The position numbers and the translations under genes were made by a program. A stretch of 64,000 nt of DNA from an uncultured delta proteobacterium (GTDB lineage Bacteria > Myxococcota_A > Polyangia > Polyangiales > Polyangiaceae). Positions 40,957 through 50,712 of the stretch are shown here, piece by piece; the stretch's first letter is position 1, and every line of letters begins with the position of its first letter. The notes below the pieces were generated by a model. The model did no database searches. It saw nothing but the letters and a program-made list of their open reading frames with translations, and was not told the DNA's origin. Location: NCBI GenBank assembly GCA_963850305.1, contig CAWKKR010000011.1, positions 256,001 to 320,000 of the forward strand. The letters are read 5' to 3'.

Positions 40957-41901
40957 TCAGTCGGCGGCGACCACGCGATTGCGCCCGTCCCGCTTGGCGG
41001 CATAAAGTCGTCGGTCGGCGACCGCGACGAGCCGCTCCCGATCCACTCGATCGACGCACGCAAACGACGCGCAGCCGATGCTGATGGTCACCGCGAGCGA
41101 CCGCCCGTCGTGAACCGTTCGCAGCTCTTCCAGCGCCTTTCGGAGACGTTCGGCCGCGCGGGCGGCTCCCGACAACGTGATGCCGCGCAACAGGACCACG
41201 AACTCTTCGCCGCCATACCGCGCAAGCAGATCTTCCGTCCGCAGAAGGAACTCGGTCGTCGATGCGACGTTCTTCAGCACGGCGTCGCCCGCCAGGTGCC
41301 CATGAGTGTCATTGACCTTCTTGAAGTGATCGATGTCGAAAATGAGGACGGACCCCTGACTCCGATGGCGCGTCGCATAAGCGAGCTCTGCGTCCAGGCG
41401 TTCCAGAAAGAAGTGACGGTTGTAGGCACGGGTCAGGGCGTCCCGAACGCTGCTCTCGTACAGTTGCCGTAAGATCCTCTCCTGGTTCTCGTCGGTGACC
41501 GAAAAGCGGAAATGGACGCGGGGCCCGAGCTGCACGACCGCACCGTCGACGAGAACCTGGCGTTCGATGCGCTCCCCGTTGACGTACGTCCCGTTGCTGG
41601 AACCGAGATCTTCCACAAAATATTGCCCGCCCTCGTAGACGACGCGGGCATGCATGCGACTGATACCTTCGTCGTCGACCACGACCGTGTTGTCCGAGTG
41701 ACGGCCGAGGCGGATTGCGTCGCCCAGCGACGTGACGTGGCCGGCTTGAATCGAGTCCATGCGCACGAGGACGGCCCGATTGCGCTCGTCACCCTTCCAT
41801 ACCGGAAAGGTTTCGTTGGTGATCGTCTGTTGTTCGGGGCGAGCGCGGCCCGTCGCCGGTGGCGTCATCGAATCGATGGGCGCAGGTCGGTCGCTCTTCA
41901 C
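40957..41901 (-). CDS. FHA-GGDEF diguanylate cyclase
   Basis: LGR, ISRMHA, DLGSSNGT; DIDHFKKVND, RTED I-site, RYGGEEF. Confidence 0.92.
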   Translation of the reverse strand: MKSDRPAPIDSMTPPATGRARPEQQTITNETFPVWKGDERNRAVLVRMDSIQAGHVTSLGDAIRLGRHSDNTVVVDDEGISRMHARVVYEGGQYFVEDLGSSNGTYVNGERIERQVLVDGAVVQLGPRVHFRFSVTDENQERILRQLYESSVRDALTRAYNRHFFLERLDAELAYATRHRSQGSVLIFDIDHFKKVNDTHGHLAGDAVLKNVASTTEFLLRTEDLLARYGGEEFVVLLRGITLSGAARAAERLRKALEELRTVHDGRSLAVTISIGCASFACVDRVDRERLVAVADRRLYAAKRDGRNRVVAAD

Positions 41902-42969
41902 CTACGGTCGAGAATGTATCACGACCGGGACGCGGCGATCGACCGGTCCGTCGAAGGGCGGCGCCTGCATCTCTCCCGGCGAGCACCGGCGCGCACCGGA
42001 AAGCGAGCCGGGTATTTCAGACGACAGATTCTCGACCGCCAGCGACGTCACTCGGCCCTCGAGCGAGGCGAGCTTGCGCAGAGGCTCGTCGGCGACGAGG
42101 ACGTGTACGTGTCTTCCCGGTGGTGGAACGACGATCGTCTGGCCGCTGACGTCGAGGCCCACCCAACCAGCTCCCGCCGGAAGCAGTTCGCCGCCGACGA
42201 GCAATGTGTCCCGGTAGCGGACTGCCGCCGCGGCTTCATCCTGCGTCACGAGACCTCTCGGGAAGCGGACCTCCGCGCGAACGAGTTCGCTCGCGAGCGC
42301 TCTCGCAAATCCTCTCACCTCATCGATCGATCCGCTCGCTGCGACCACTCTCGGGCTCAAACATCCGCGCTGGTCGAAGAGGATCACGTCGTGCGCGACG
42401 CGCCGGGCAAGGTCATCGATATACGGTGACGCCGTGCAACCGACCCCGAGCGCCACCACGCCCAGCCCGGGGCCGTGTGGATGAAACTCCACTCCCGACG
42501 GGAGAGCGCGCTGCACGTCACGAAGCGTCGCGTCGGTTCCGTATGCCCAGAATCGATCCCCGCTGACCGGCGTCAGGGTGTCGACGATCTCGAACGAGCC
42601 TGGCGCCCCCTGGTCGAGCAGGCGGACCATGGTCGTTTCCCGTCGGGAAGGACGCACCCGGACGACCGACGATGCGGCGAGCGCCAGAGCGAGAGCCCTG
42701 TGCGCCCCGACGAACACATTGGCGCTGAGCAAGACGTGAGCACGAGGCGCCTGTTCGACGGATGCGATCAGTGAGGACACCTCCGCTTCGCTCGGGTTCG
42801 ACTCCAGCGCAGCTTCGAGTGCGAGCGCGACGCCCTGAGCTGAAAGGCCAGTGGACGCCGGCAAGACCCGACGCGCTTCGACGCCGAGCGGGTCGGTCGG
42901 ATCGGCGATACGTCGCGCCGCATCGACCAATCGGCGAATGCGCTCTCGGGCTGAGGACCGGGAGCTCAC
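41902..42969 (-). CDS. LuxC-like acyl-CoA/acyl-protein reductase
   Basis: VLLSANVF, RPSRRE, AYGTDAT, HGPG, FDQRGCLSP catalytic Cys motif, GEMQAP..DG; GTGA overlap with luxE-like stop. Confidence 0.75.
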   Translation of the reverse strand: MSSRSSARERIRRLVDAARRIADPTDPLGVEARRVLPASTGLSAQGVALALEAALESNPSEAEVSSLIASVEQAPRAHVLLSANVFVGAHRALALALAASSVVRVRPSRRETTMVRLLDQGAPGSFEIVDTLTPVSGDRFWAYGTDATLRDVQRALPSGVEFHPHGPGLGVVALGVGCTASPYIDDLARRVAHDVILFDQRGCLSPRVVAASGSIDEVRGFARALASELVRAEVRFPRGLVTQDEAAAAVRYRDTLLVGGELLPAGAGWVGLDVSGQTIVVPPPGRHVHVLVADEPLRKLASLEGRVTSLAVENLSSEIPGSLSGARRCSPGEMQAPPFDGPVDRRVPVVIHSRP

Positions 42970-44084
42970 GCGCCGAGCACCATTTCCTCGATCGCGAGCG
43001 AACAGCCCCGCGGGGTTGCGTTGGCGCTTCGGCCGAGGAGCTCGACTCCGTTTCCGTTCGGGCGAATCAGGTCCTGGGTCACGATGGCGACGGCGGAGTC
43101 GATGTTCCCGAGATCGACGAATCGAGCGAGGCCGATCCCATTTTTCGGAACGGGTCGAAGAGTCTCCCGATCGACCGCCGAGACGCGAAGCCACGGCGGT
43201 GGGAGAAAAACCCCACTCGGCCCGCGAACGGCCGCGCCCGGCGCAGTGCCCTCGTAAAGCTGGCTCGTGAGCTCGGTCATGCCGTACTCGCCGACGACAC
43301 GGTCCTCGGAGATCCCGAAGGCGCACGCGACGTCGCGCCGGAGCTCGACGGACGATAGCTCGCGCGTCCGCCCCTTGAACCCCCCGGTGGTCATGACGAG
43401 TGTTCGTGGCGGAGCCGGCAACCGACGGCCGGCGAGAGCGTCCAGCAGCAGCACGAGTGCGAAGCTCGTGGAGAGCACCAGCAGCGGTTCACCGCGGCGC
43501 TGCGCGAGCTCGACGAGTCGTTCGAGCCCGGCGAGATCGATACCGCCTTCCTGCGCGAGCCAGCGGCCTTCCGGTTCCGCATCGAACCCGGCGTCGATGC
43601 CGCGACCGTCGAACTCTTCGAGAAATACGCGCATCATGAATCCGAGCGAGGACGTGGGAGGGGTCCCAGGGGGCGGCGCGAGCGACACGACGACGCGAGG
43701 GCCACTGCCCGGCTCGGCGAGCATCCGCGCTCCCCACGCGAGGGACAGCGCGCGATACGTATCGGTGCGGCGAAGGGGATGACGGCCGCGCGCGCCGCCG
43801 GTCGTACCGCTGGTCGAGAAGCACGCCGTATCGAGCTCCGGAGAGTGCGCTGCGACCCTCGTGAGGCGAAACGCATCGACGGGCACCGCCGGGATGGCGG
43901 CGACGCTGTCGAGCGCCGTGCGGTGCGCTTCGACCAATCGGCGAAAGCCCGGAACGTGCCGGACCTGGAAACGCGCGATATCGAGCGCGAGCGCGTCGAA
44001 CGCCTCGCCATCGCCGGACGAGCCTCGACGGGCAAAGCCCTGCACACGAGCGTGGAGGGCGTCGGATTCCGAAAGTACGTTCAC
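42966..44084 (-). CDS. LuxE-like acyl-protein synthetase
   Basis: IPAVPVDAF, TSGTTG, TTGGFKG, EYGMTELTSQLY, DLGN, TQD, LLGR..RGCS. Confidence 0.85.
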   Translation of the reverse strand: MNVLSESDALHARVQGFARRGSSGDGEAFDALALDIARFQVRHVPGFRRLVEAHRTALDSVAAIPAVPVDAFRLTRVAAHSPELDTACFSTSGTTGGARGRHPLRRTDTYRALSLAWGARMLAEPGSGPRVVVSLAPPPGTPPTSSLGFMMRVFLEEFDGRGIDAGFDAEPEGRWLAQEGGIDLAGLERLVELAQRRGEPLLVLSTSFALVLLLDALAGRRLPAPPRTLVMTTGGFKGRTRELSSVELRRDVACAFGISEDRVVGEYGMTELTSQLYEGTAPGAAVRGPSGVFLPPPWLRVSAVDRETLRPVPKNGIGLARFVDLGNIDSAVAIVTQDLIRPNGNGVELLGRSANATPRGCSLAIEEMVLGA

Positions 44085-45412
44085 GAGTGAAGAGTCTGAA
44101 GGGCGTCGACGGCGGCGGCAACGAATCCGTCCAGCAAAGTGTCGGCGACGTTGAGCGCAGGAGTCAGGACCACGATCTCCCGGTTGCCCCCGCCTGTCGA
44201 GACGACATAGCCGACCTCCAGAAGTCGCCGCGCCACGCGTGTCGCGGCGCCAGGCTTCGACCCGAGGTCGATCCCGATCATCAGGCCGGCTCCGCGCACT
44301 TCGACGACTCCCGGCACGTCGCGCAAGGCTTCGCCCAGCCGCTCGAGCCAGAGGGCCCCGCGCTCGGCACTCCTCGCAACCAGGCGTTCGCGCGACAACA
44401 CGTCGAGCGTCGCGATCGCCGCAGCGCACCCCAGCGGCGCTCCCGCGAACGTCGAGGTGTGAACGACCTCGGGCTCGCGACGCCAGGCGCGCATGACGGA
44501 GTCCGAGCCCACGCATGCGCTGATGGGAATGCCGCCACCGAGTCCCTTGCCGAGGCAAACTACGTCAGGTCGGGCGCCTTCGGTCACCGAGCGCAGCATG
44601 GAACCCGCGCGACCGAGCCCGGTCCAGATCTCGTCCGCGACGAGCAGCGCCCCTTGCTCCCGCGCGAGAGCTCCGAGGGCGGCGACGAACCCCGCCGGTG
44701 GAACGACGCATCCGCCGCGTCCGAGAAGCGGCTCGATCACGACTGCGCCCACGGTGCCACTCGCGAGGGTCGCCCGCGCGTCGGCGAGCACTCGCTCGGA
44801 CGCGGCGGCGCTCACGGGAAAATCCAGGAACGTCACGTGCGGGTTCAGCTGGGCGGCGAAGGGTGCTCGATATCCGTCCCGCAACGCCGACGCGGCCAGC
44901 GGAGCGTACGACAGTCCGTGATATCCGCCTCGAAACGCCAGGACTCCAGGTCTCCCGGTGGCGAGCAGCGACGTCTTCAATGCCGCGGTGACCGCATCAG
45001 CGCCCGACTGCCCGAGGATGACGCGGGCTCCCGGCTCTGGAAACAGCCCCGACAGCCGCTCGAGGAGCGCGATCTTCGCGTCCGAGGGATGAACGTCCCC
45101 CAGGGCCTGCAACAGTCGGGCGCTCGCTAGCTCGACGACACGCAGGTGGCTCGGGTGCCCATGACCGAGGAGCAAAGCCCCGAAGCCCGCGGCGAGATCG
45201 ACGTACCGGTTGCCGTCGACATCCTCGACGTTCGAGCCCTTCGCCGTCGCAAACACCACCGTGCCCGCCGGAACCTCGGCCGCCACTCCGCGTTGCGGGC
45301 CGACTCCGCGCGGACCCATCGGCGCCGCCGTGCGCGACGCGCGAGTGAGCCAGGTGCGAGATTGAGGACCCGGTGGAGTACAGACCAGCCGCGGAGGTTC
45401 GTCGCCCGTCAC
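44081..45412 (-). CDS. Class III PLP aminotransferase
   Basis: DVDGNRYVD, GYHG, IEPLLGRGG, DEIWTGLGRAG, GKGLGGG, HTSTFAG. Confidence 0.9.
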   Translation of the reverse strand: MTGDEPPRLVCTPPGPQSRTWLTRASRTAAPMGPRGVGPQRGVAAEVPAGTVVFATAKGSNVEDVDGNRYVDLAAGFGALLLGHGHPSHLRVVELASARLLQALGDVHPSDAKIALLERLSGLFPEPGARVILGQSGADAVTAALKTSLLATGRPGVLAFRGGYHGLSYAPLAASALRDGYRAPFAAQLNPHVTFLDFPVSAAASERVLADARATLASGTVGAVVIEPLLGRGGCVVPPAGFVAALGALAREQGALLVADEIWTGLGRAGSMLRSVTEGARPDVVCLGKGLGGGIPISACVGSDSVMRAWRREPEVVHTSTFAGAPLGCAAAIATLDVLSRERLVARSAERGALWLERLGEALRDVPGVVEVRGAGLMIGIDLGSKPGAATRVARRLLEVGYVVSTGGGNREIVVLTPALNVADTLLDGFVAAAVDALQTLHS

Positions 45413-45413
45413 C

Positions 45414-46337
45414 TCAAGAGCACACCTTGTTGCGGCCACCCCGCTTGGCTTCGTAGAGCTTTTCGTCCGCACGCTGGATAAGGTCGTTCGCCGTGTCGCT
45501 ATCGTGAACGAGCGCGCAGCCGATGCTGATCGTCACGGGGATCTTCTCCCCCTGGAACACGAAGGGATGATCCGCCACTTTCTCGCGAAGATTTTCTGCG
45601 AGGCTGGTCGCGCCTTCCATCTCCGTTTCCGGGAGGACGATGACGAACTCTTCGCCGCCGTATCGAGCAAAGACCTCGTCCCGGCGGATACGGCTCTGGA
45701 CCGCCTCGGCGAGCTCACGGAGGACGTAATCACCCGCAAGGTGTCCATAGTGGTCGTTGATGCGCTTGAAAAAGTCGATGTCGAACATCAACAAGCTGAG
45801 CGGTCGATCGTGCCGGCGGGACCGGATGATCTCGCGGTCCAGTGACTCGAACAGGTAGCGCTTGTTGTGGATCTGAGTGAGACCATCGACGATGGTCATC
45901 CGATAAATTTCTTCGTGGTACTTCGCTTCCGCATCCTCGCCCGAGAGGTACTTGAGGATGGTCGGACCCACCTTCACGCGATCGTTCGAGCGGAGCTGAG
46001 CCTCCCGAACGATCTGCTTTTCGTTCACGTAGGTGCCGTTCGTGGAACCGTCGTCGACCGCGTACCAATGGTTGCCGCGGCGCTCGAAGTGCGCGTGCTG
46101 GCGCGACACGGAGTCGCCCTCGAGAACGATCTGGTTGTCTGCGCCGCGCCCCACGTGGAGCCGCGGGCCCTCGAGCACGAAGCGCTTGCCGAGCAAGTTC
46201 GGCTCCTTCGTGTAGATGACCACGAGGCAGTCGTTCCCCGTCTCCCCAGGCTCGTCGTCGAGCTTTCCCTGGATGACCTGGGTGACCCGTGTTTTTTCGT
46301 CGAAGTCGCTCGCCACGAAGCAGACCTTAAACTCCAA
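45414..46337 (-). CDS. FHA-GGDEF diguanylate cyclase
   Basis: VGR, VSRQHA, GSTNGT; DIDFFKRIND, RYGGEEF. Confidence 0.93.
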   Translation of the reverse strand: MEFKVCFVASDFDEKTRVTQVIQGKLDDEPGETGNDCLVVIYTKEPNLLGKRFVLEGPRLHVGRGADNQIVLEGDSVSRQHAHFERRGNHWYAVDDGSTNGTYVNEKQIVREAQLRSNDRVKVGPTILKYLSGEDAEAKYHEEIYRMTIVDGLTQIHNKRYLFESLDREIIRSRRHDRPLSLLMFDIDFFKRINDHYGHLAGDYVLRELAEAVQSRIRRDEVFARYGGEEFVIVLPETEMEGATSLAENLREKVADHPFVFQGEKIPVTISIGCALVHDSDTANDLIQRADEKLYEAKRGGRNKVCS

Positions 46338-46565
46338 ACTATAGACCGGCCTCCGAGAGGCGGGGGCGTTCTCCGAAGGTTCTGCAGAGGGCAGACTCCT
46401 GGCTCGAAATCGAAGGTGGGAATGCCACCCACAAGCCCGGACGGACCCTAGTTTCTAGCGACGACTCGCGTCAAGGGAGCCGTCAACGGGCCCCTATCAT
46501 TCGAGTAGCATGGTATCGGGCTTCGAAACGCCAGGTCCGGAGGGCCTGATGTGGGGGAACGTGGT

Positions 46566-48440
46566 TCAGGGCGCTGCCTCCTCCAGCGGAACGTCGAGTC
46601 CGACCAGACGCATCAGGCGCAGCGCGTTGCCGCCGGTCACCGGGCCCGGGCGCAACCGGTAATCGAACGTCATCTTGCCGTCGGCGATGTTTTCGCGAAA
46701 ATGGCACTGCTCCACGCGCGTCATGAGCTCGTCGGGGAGCTGGCAGAGCCCGGCATCATGGGTGGACACAGCTCCGATCGCGCCACTCCGGAGCATCTCT
46801 TCGAGCATCCATCGTGCGCCGATCTGCCGCTCGCGGGAGTTCGTCCCGTGAAGGATTTCGTCGAGAAGGAAGAATACAGGCAAGGCGCCCGCGGTCGCGT
46901 CCCGGACACCTTTGAGGCGCGCGACCTCGGCGTAGAAATGGCTGACGCCCAGGGACAGAGAATCACTGATCCGCAGGCTCGTGCGGACCGCGAGCGGAGA
47001 CATGCGGAGCCGGGCGGCACAGACCGGCGCGCCCGCGAGGGCCAGAACTGCGTTGATGCCCATGGCACGGAGCAGAGTGCTCTTTCCGGACATGTTCGAG
47101 CCGGTAACAAGCAACGCGCGGCCCGGTTCCGCGAGGCGAACGTCGTTGACGACGCGCGTCTCCGCCCCGAGGAGCGGGTGTCCGAGTGCGCGGGCGTCGT
47201 AGTGCGCCGGTGAGTCAGTGACGTCGGGCCAGGTGAACCCGGGCTCGTCGAAGGAGAGCCCTGCGAACGCGCTCAGCGCTTCGACCTCGCCGAGCGCGCG
47301 GAACCAGGCCCGCGCCGCGCCGCCCACGTCGCGTTGCCACGCCTCCAGCCGGAGCAGGCAATGCGCGTCCCAGAGCAGGAACGCATTCGCGAACGGGTGG
47401 ACGAGGCCGTTGTATCTGAGGTCGAACCACCCGACGATGCGCTCGAAACGCCGCATGGCAATCGAGGGGGCGAGCGAATTCGACAGCAAGTTCCGTCGGA
47501 TCTCGCCGAGCAGGCCCGACTTCGGATCGAGCCTCTCGATGAGTTCGAACATCGGTCCGTATCGGAGGAACGCGCCTTGCGTGGACGATACGGAGGCGAA
47601 GACGAGATCCGCTTCCTTCCGGACGGCCGCGACGACCAGAAGCTCGCCGAGAAACGGGATCGTCCAGGCCGCCGCGGACCAGCCGAACACGCGCGCCCCG
47701 AACACGAGAGCCAGCGTGACGACCGGAAGGGCATAGACGGCACCGATCAGCGCGGTGCGCCTGGAAAGCCAGGGCTCTCGCTCCGCCCACTCGAGCAGAG
47801 CCGCCGGATCCGGCGGCTCCGCGCGCGTTCCACGCTTCGCCACCTTGCTCTCGCCGGCCAATCCCGGCGGCGGCTCGACCACCGCGATGGACAGTGCTTC
47901 GAGTCGCTGGCGTTCTTCCAGGAGCGGCGCGAGCATCCGGACCGCCTCCTGGCGAGCGCGAATCCGCGACGGTTCGACGGGTTCGGTCAAGAACCGAGCG
48001 AGCGCCTCCTGGCCAAACCGGGTGTGTGCAACGTTGATTCGCTGGTAGAGCGACCCGGCTCCGAACAGGTCGAGATCTACCGAGTACGGGTGCTCGCTGG
48101 AAGCGAACCGCGCCCCGTCGTCGCGGAGAGTCTTCCAGTTCGATGTAACCCGCGCGAGCGCGTCGAGGTTCACGCGAGCCATCCGCGTCGCGTCGTCTTC
48201 TGCTGCGATCACCCGTGCGTGCCACGCGACGAAGCCCAGGAACAGAACGCCGGAGATGACGGCGACGGGCACGCCCTCGGTCTGACCGCCGAGCGTCGCC
48301 AGGACGACGGCGATGACCGCGATCCCGAACGACAACCCGCGCAGATTCGAAACGAGTCGCGAACGCCGTCCCAGCTCGGAAGCTCGCTTTTGAAACCGAT
48401 CGACGCGCTCGGGGTATGGGTTGGACGACACGGCGGGCAT
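46566..48440 (-). CDS. MutS-related protein (domain V ATPase with N-terminal TM segments)
   Basis: DLDLFG, LGHPL, TGSNMSGKSTLLR, SHFYAE, LDEILHGTNS, STHD. Confidence 0.88.
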   Translation of the reverse strand: MPAVSSNPYPERVDRFQKRASELGRRSRLVSNLRGLSFGIAVIAVVLATLGGQTEGVPVAVISGVLFLGFVAWHARVIAAEDDATRMARVNLDALARVTSNWKTLRDDGARFASSEHPYSVDLDLFGAGSLYQRINVAHTRFGQEALARFLTEPVEPSRIRARQEAVRMLAPLLEERQRLEALSIAVVEPPPGLAGESKVAKRGTRAEPPDPAALLEWAEREPWLSRRTALIGAVYALPVVTLALVFGARVFGWSAAAWTIPFLGELLVVAAVRKEADLVFASVSSTQGAFLRYGPMFELIERLDPKSGLLGEIRRNLLSNSLAPSIAMRRFERIVGWFDLRYNGLVHPFANAFLLWDAHCLLRLEAWQRDVGGAARAWFRALGEVEALSAFAGLSFDEPGFTWPDVTDSPAHYDARALGHPLLGAETRVVNDVRLAEPGRALLVTGSNMSGKSTLLRAMGINAVLALAGAPVCAARLRMSPLAVRTSLRISDSLSLGVSHFYAEVARLKGVRDATAGALPVFFLLDEILHGTNSRERQIGARWMLEEMLRSGAIGAVSTHDAGLCQLPDELMTRVEQCHFRENIADGKMTFDYRLRPGPVTGGNALRLMRLVGLDVPLEEAAP

Positions 48441-48463
48441 CCTTGCCGCGCCCGCGGCGGACG

Positions 48464-49072
48464 TCACTTCTTCTTCATCGTCACGACCAGGGTCGCCGCG
48501 ACCTGGGGACCATCCGGATAGCCGACGAAGCGCCGGTCCAGCACGTCCGCCAGGCATCTTGCGGTCGATACGCTCACTCCATGCCGCTTTTGCACGCTGA
48601 CACCCTCCGCGCGTCCTCGTCCCAGCACGAGGAACCGGAGTTCCACCTCGCCCCCGTCGGGTGCGACTCCGCCGGCCTTGGCGCACCCCAGGAACCGTTC
48701 CCGCGCCCGGACGAGGTTCTTCCTCGAGTCGGGGAGCGACCCTTCGTCGGCGGTCACCTTGCCGACTTCGACGGTGAACCTCGGCGCGTCCGCGGCTGGC
48801 TGCGTCGCGTCGGACGCCGGTGCGGGGGCTTCCTTCTGCGGTTCCGCGGGCACGACCGCCATCAGCTTCGGCGGCTCGGCGCTCGGGTGAGAAGGCGGCG
48901 CTTCGCGAAGTCTGGCCGCCTCCTCCTCCGTGAGACAGCGGACGAGCGCGCCGTGGCCGTCGGACAGGCGGCCCCAGGCGCAAGTCGCATCGATCGGTGC
49001 CTGCGCGCGGGACGTCGCGGAGATTCCGAGGATCGCTGCGGTGAGAGACAGAGATAACCGTCGCTGTTCCAT
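48464..49072 (-). CDS. Hypothetical exported protein
   Basis: Signal peptide, Pro/Ala linker, C-terminal globular domain with a Cys pair. Confidence 0.65.
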   Translation of the reverse strand: MEQRRLSLSLTAAILGISATSRAQAPIDATCAWGRLSDGHGALVRCLTEEEAARLREAPPSHPSAEPPKLMAVVPAEPQKEAPAPASDATQPAADAPRFTVEVGKVTADEGSLPDSRKNLVRARERFLGCAKAGGVAPDGGEVELRFLVLGRGRAEGVSVQKRHGVSVSTARCLADVLDRRFVGYPDGPQVAATLVVTMKKK

Positions 49073-49175
49073 GACACTCCTTGAACGCCGCGAGGTCAGC
49101 GTTCGTTCGGCGAAACAAAGCGAGCCATGATTTTGTCCTCCGACGCAAGAAATCGGCTACGAACGCGGCCTGCTG

Positions 49176-50363
49176 GTGAAACCGAGCCCCTCCCCCGACG
49201 CCGCCTCCGTGGTGCTGACCTTCCTCGAGAGCGTGGGCCGCCGCTCCGAGGCCGAGCTCTACCTGAAACTGTTCCGGGAAGTCCCGAAGGAGAGCTTTGC
49301 CATCATCGCGGCCGAGGCCGCGGTCATCCGCTATGCCGGGGGGTCTCTCGTCGAGCAGCTTCGATTCTTGCGGGAGCTCGGGTTGTTCGCGCCGATCGTC
49401 GTCGGATTGTTCGAGCCCGTGAGCGCCGAGAAAGCGGCGACTCGCCTTGCCCGACGATCGGCCGAGATGGGCGCCGTCGTGGAGGGCCAGCTCGACGGGC
49501 AGCTCGTCTCGCGCGTCCGGACGGAGCTCGCGGAAGAAAACTTGCCCATCGTGTCCCTGGCCGCCGCCGGAGAGGAGACGCTCGCCGACCGCTTCGAACG
49601 CATCGGACAGCTTGCAGGCGAGCTCGGAACCCGGAAGATCGTCGTCTTGAGGCGGCGCGGTGGGCTCGCCCGGCCAGGCCGCTCCGCTCACGCCGAGCGT
49701 GGGATCTCGGTGGTCAATCTCCGCACGGATCTCCCCTCCTTGCGCGAGCCACGCGCCCTGCCCCCGGACGACGCGGAGCTGCTCGATCGTCTCGAGACGC
49801 TGCTGCTCCGGCCCGACTGTGCTCGCGCCGTCGCCAGCGTGACGTCACCGTTCAACCTGCTACGCGAGCTGTTCACGGTGAAGGGCGCCGGGACACTGAT
49901 CAAGCGGGGCACCGCGATCTTGCGTCACGATACCATCTCCACTTTCGATGCATTGCGCGTCGTCTCGCTGCTCGAATCGAGCTTCGGTAGAAAGCTGCTC
50001 AGGGACCCGTTCGCCGTGACGCCGCTCGCCGTCTATCTCGAAGAGAACTATCGCGCCGCGGCCATCCTGGTGGAAGCTCCCATCGCCCCTTATCTGGCAA
50101 AGTTCGCCGTCGACCGCATCGCGCAGGGCGAAGGCATGGGGCGCGACCTCTGGGAGACGATCGCGCGGGATCATCGCGCCGTGTACTGGCGAGCGCGGGT
50201 GGAAAACCCCATCGCTAGCTGGTATGCATCCCTGTGCGACGGCATGATCAAGGTCGGTAACTGGACTGTCTATTTCCGGGGCGTGGACACCAAGGATGTC
50301 CCGCGAATCGTCGACGATGCCGTGGCGAGGCCAGAGGACTTCGCCGGGCCGGAGGCGTCCTAG
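49176..50363 (+). CDS. N-acetylglutamate synthase-like protein (kinase-like domain plus DUF619 NAT domain)
   Basis: FLESVG..SEA..YL..F, LLRELFTVKGAGTLI, YLAKFAV...QGEG.G.DLW, WRAR..NP. Confidence 0.78.
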   Translation: MKPSPSPDAASVVLTFLESVGRRSEAELYLKLFREVPKESFAIIAAEAAVIRYAGGSLVEQLRFLRELGLFAPIVVGLFEPVSAEKAATRLARRSAEMGAVVEGQLDGQLVSRVRTELAEENLPIVSLAAAGEETLADRFERIGQLAGELGTRKIVVLRRRGGLARPGRSAHAERGISVVNLRTDLPSLREPRALPPDDAELLDRLETLLLRPDCARAVASVTSPFNLLRELFTVKGAGTLIKRGTAILRHDTISTFDALRVVSLLESSFGRKLLRDPFAVTPLAVYLEENYRAAAILVEAPIAPYLAKFAVDRIAQGEGMGRDLWETIARDHRAVYWRARVENPIASWYASLCDGMIKVGNWTVYFRGVDTKDVPRIVDDAVARPEDFAGPEAS

Positions 50364-50696
50364 ATGGTCTTTCTCGTCGCGTTCCTCGTCGTGATCGCCA
50401 TCATCGGTGGCCTCGTGTACGTGCTCGTGATTTACCGGGAAGTACCGGGGGCCGTCGAGCAGCGCTTCGGAGTACTGGAAGCGCTCCCCGAAGACATCGG
50501 ACAGTGGAAGGTCGACGAAGACACGGAAGAAGGCAAAGCCGCCGTCTCGCAGGGCCTGAAGCGAGAAACGCGGCTCTTCCACGACGTCCGGGCGAACAAG
50601 CTCCTCCGCCAGACCCGGTACCGCAATCGCGCCACGAACGAAGTTCTGCGCGTGGACCCGGACGAGACCGTAAAGCGCAAGCGGGTTCGCTCCTGA
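50364..50696 (+). CDS. Hypothetical membrane-anchored protein
   Basis: Directly abuts the upstream stop; N-terminal TM helix. Confidence 0.7.
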   Translation: MVFLVAFLVVIAIIGGLVYVLVIYREVPGAVEQRFGVLEALPEDIGQWKVDEDTEEGKAAVSQGLKRETRLFHDVRANKLLRQTRYRNRATNEVLRVDPDETVKRKRVRS

Positions 50697-50712
50697 CACT
50701 GCGCCCGCAGGC

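Noticed and set aside
41902..44084. Bioluminescence operon
   Set aside because: No luxA, luxB, luxD or luxG recognised.
46566..49691. 1041-aa MutS fusion as given in the ORF track
   Set aside because: The first 417 aa overlap two better-supported genes; the credible start is the ATG at 48440.
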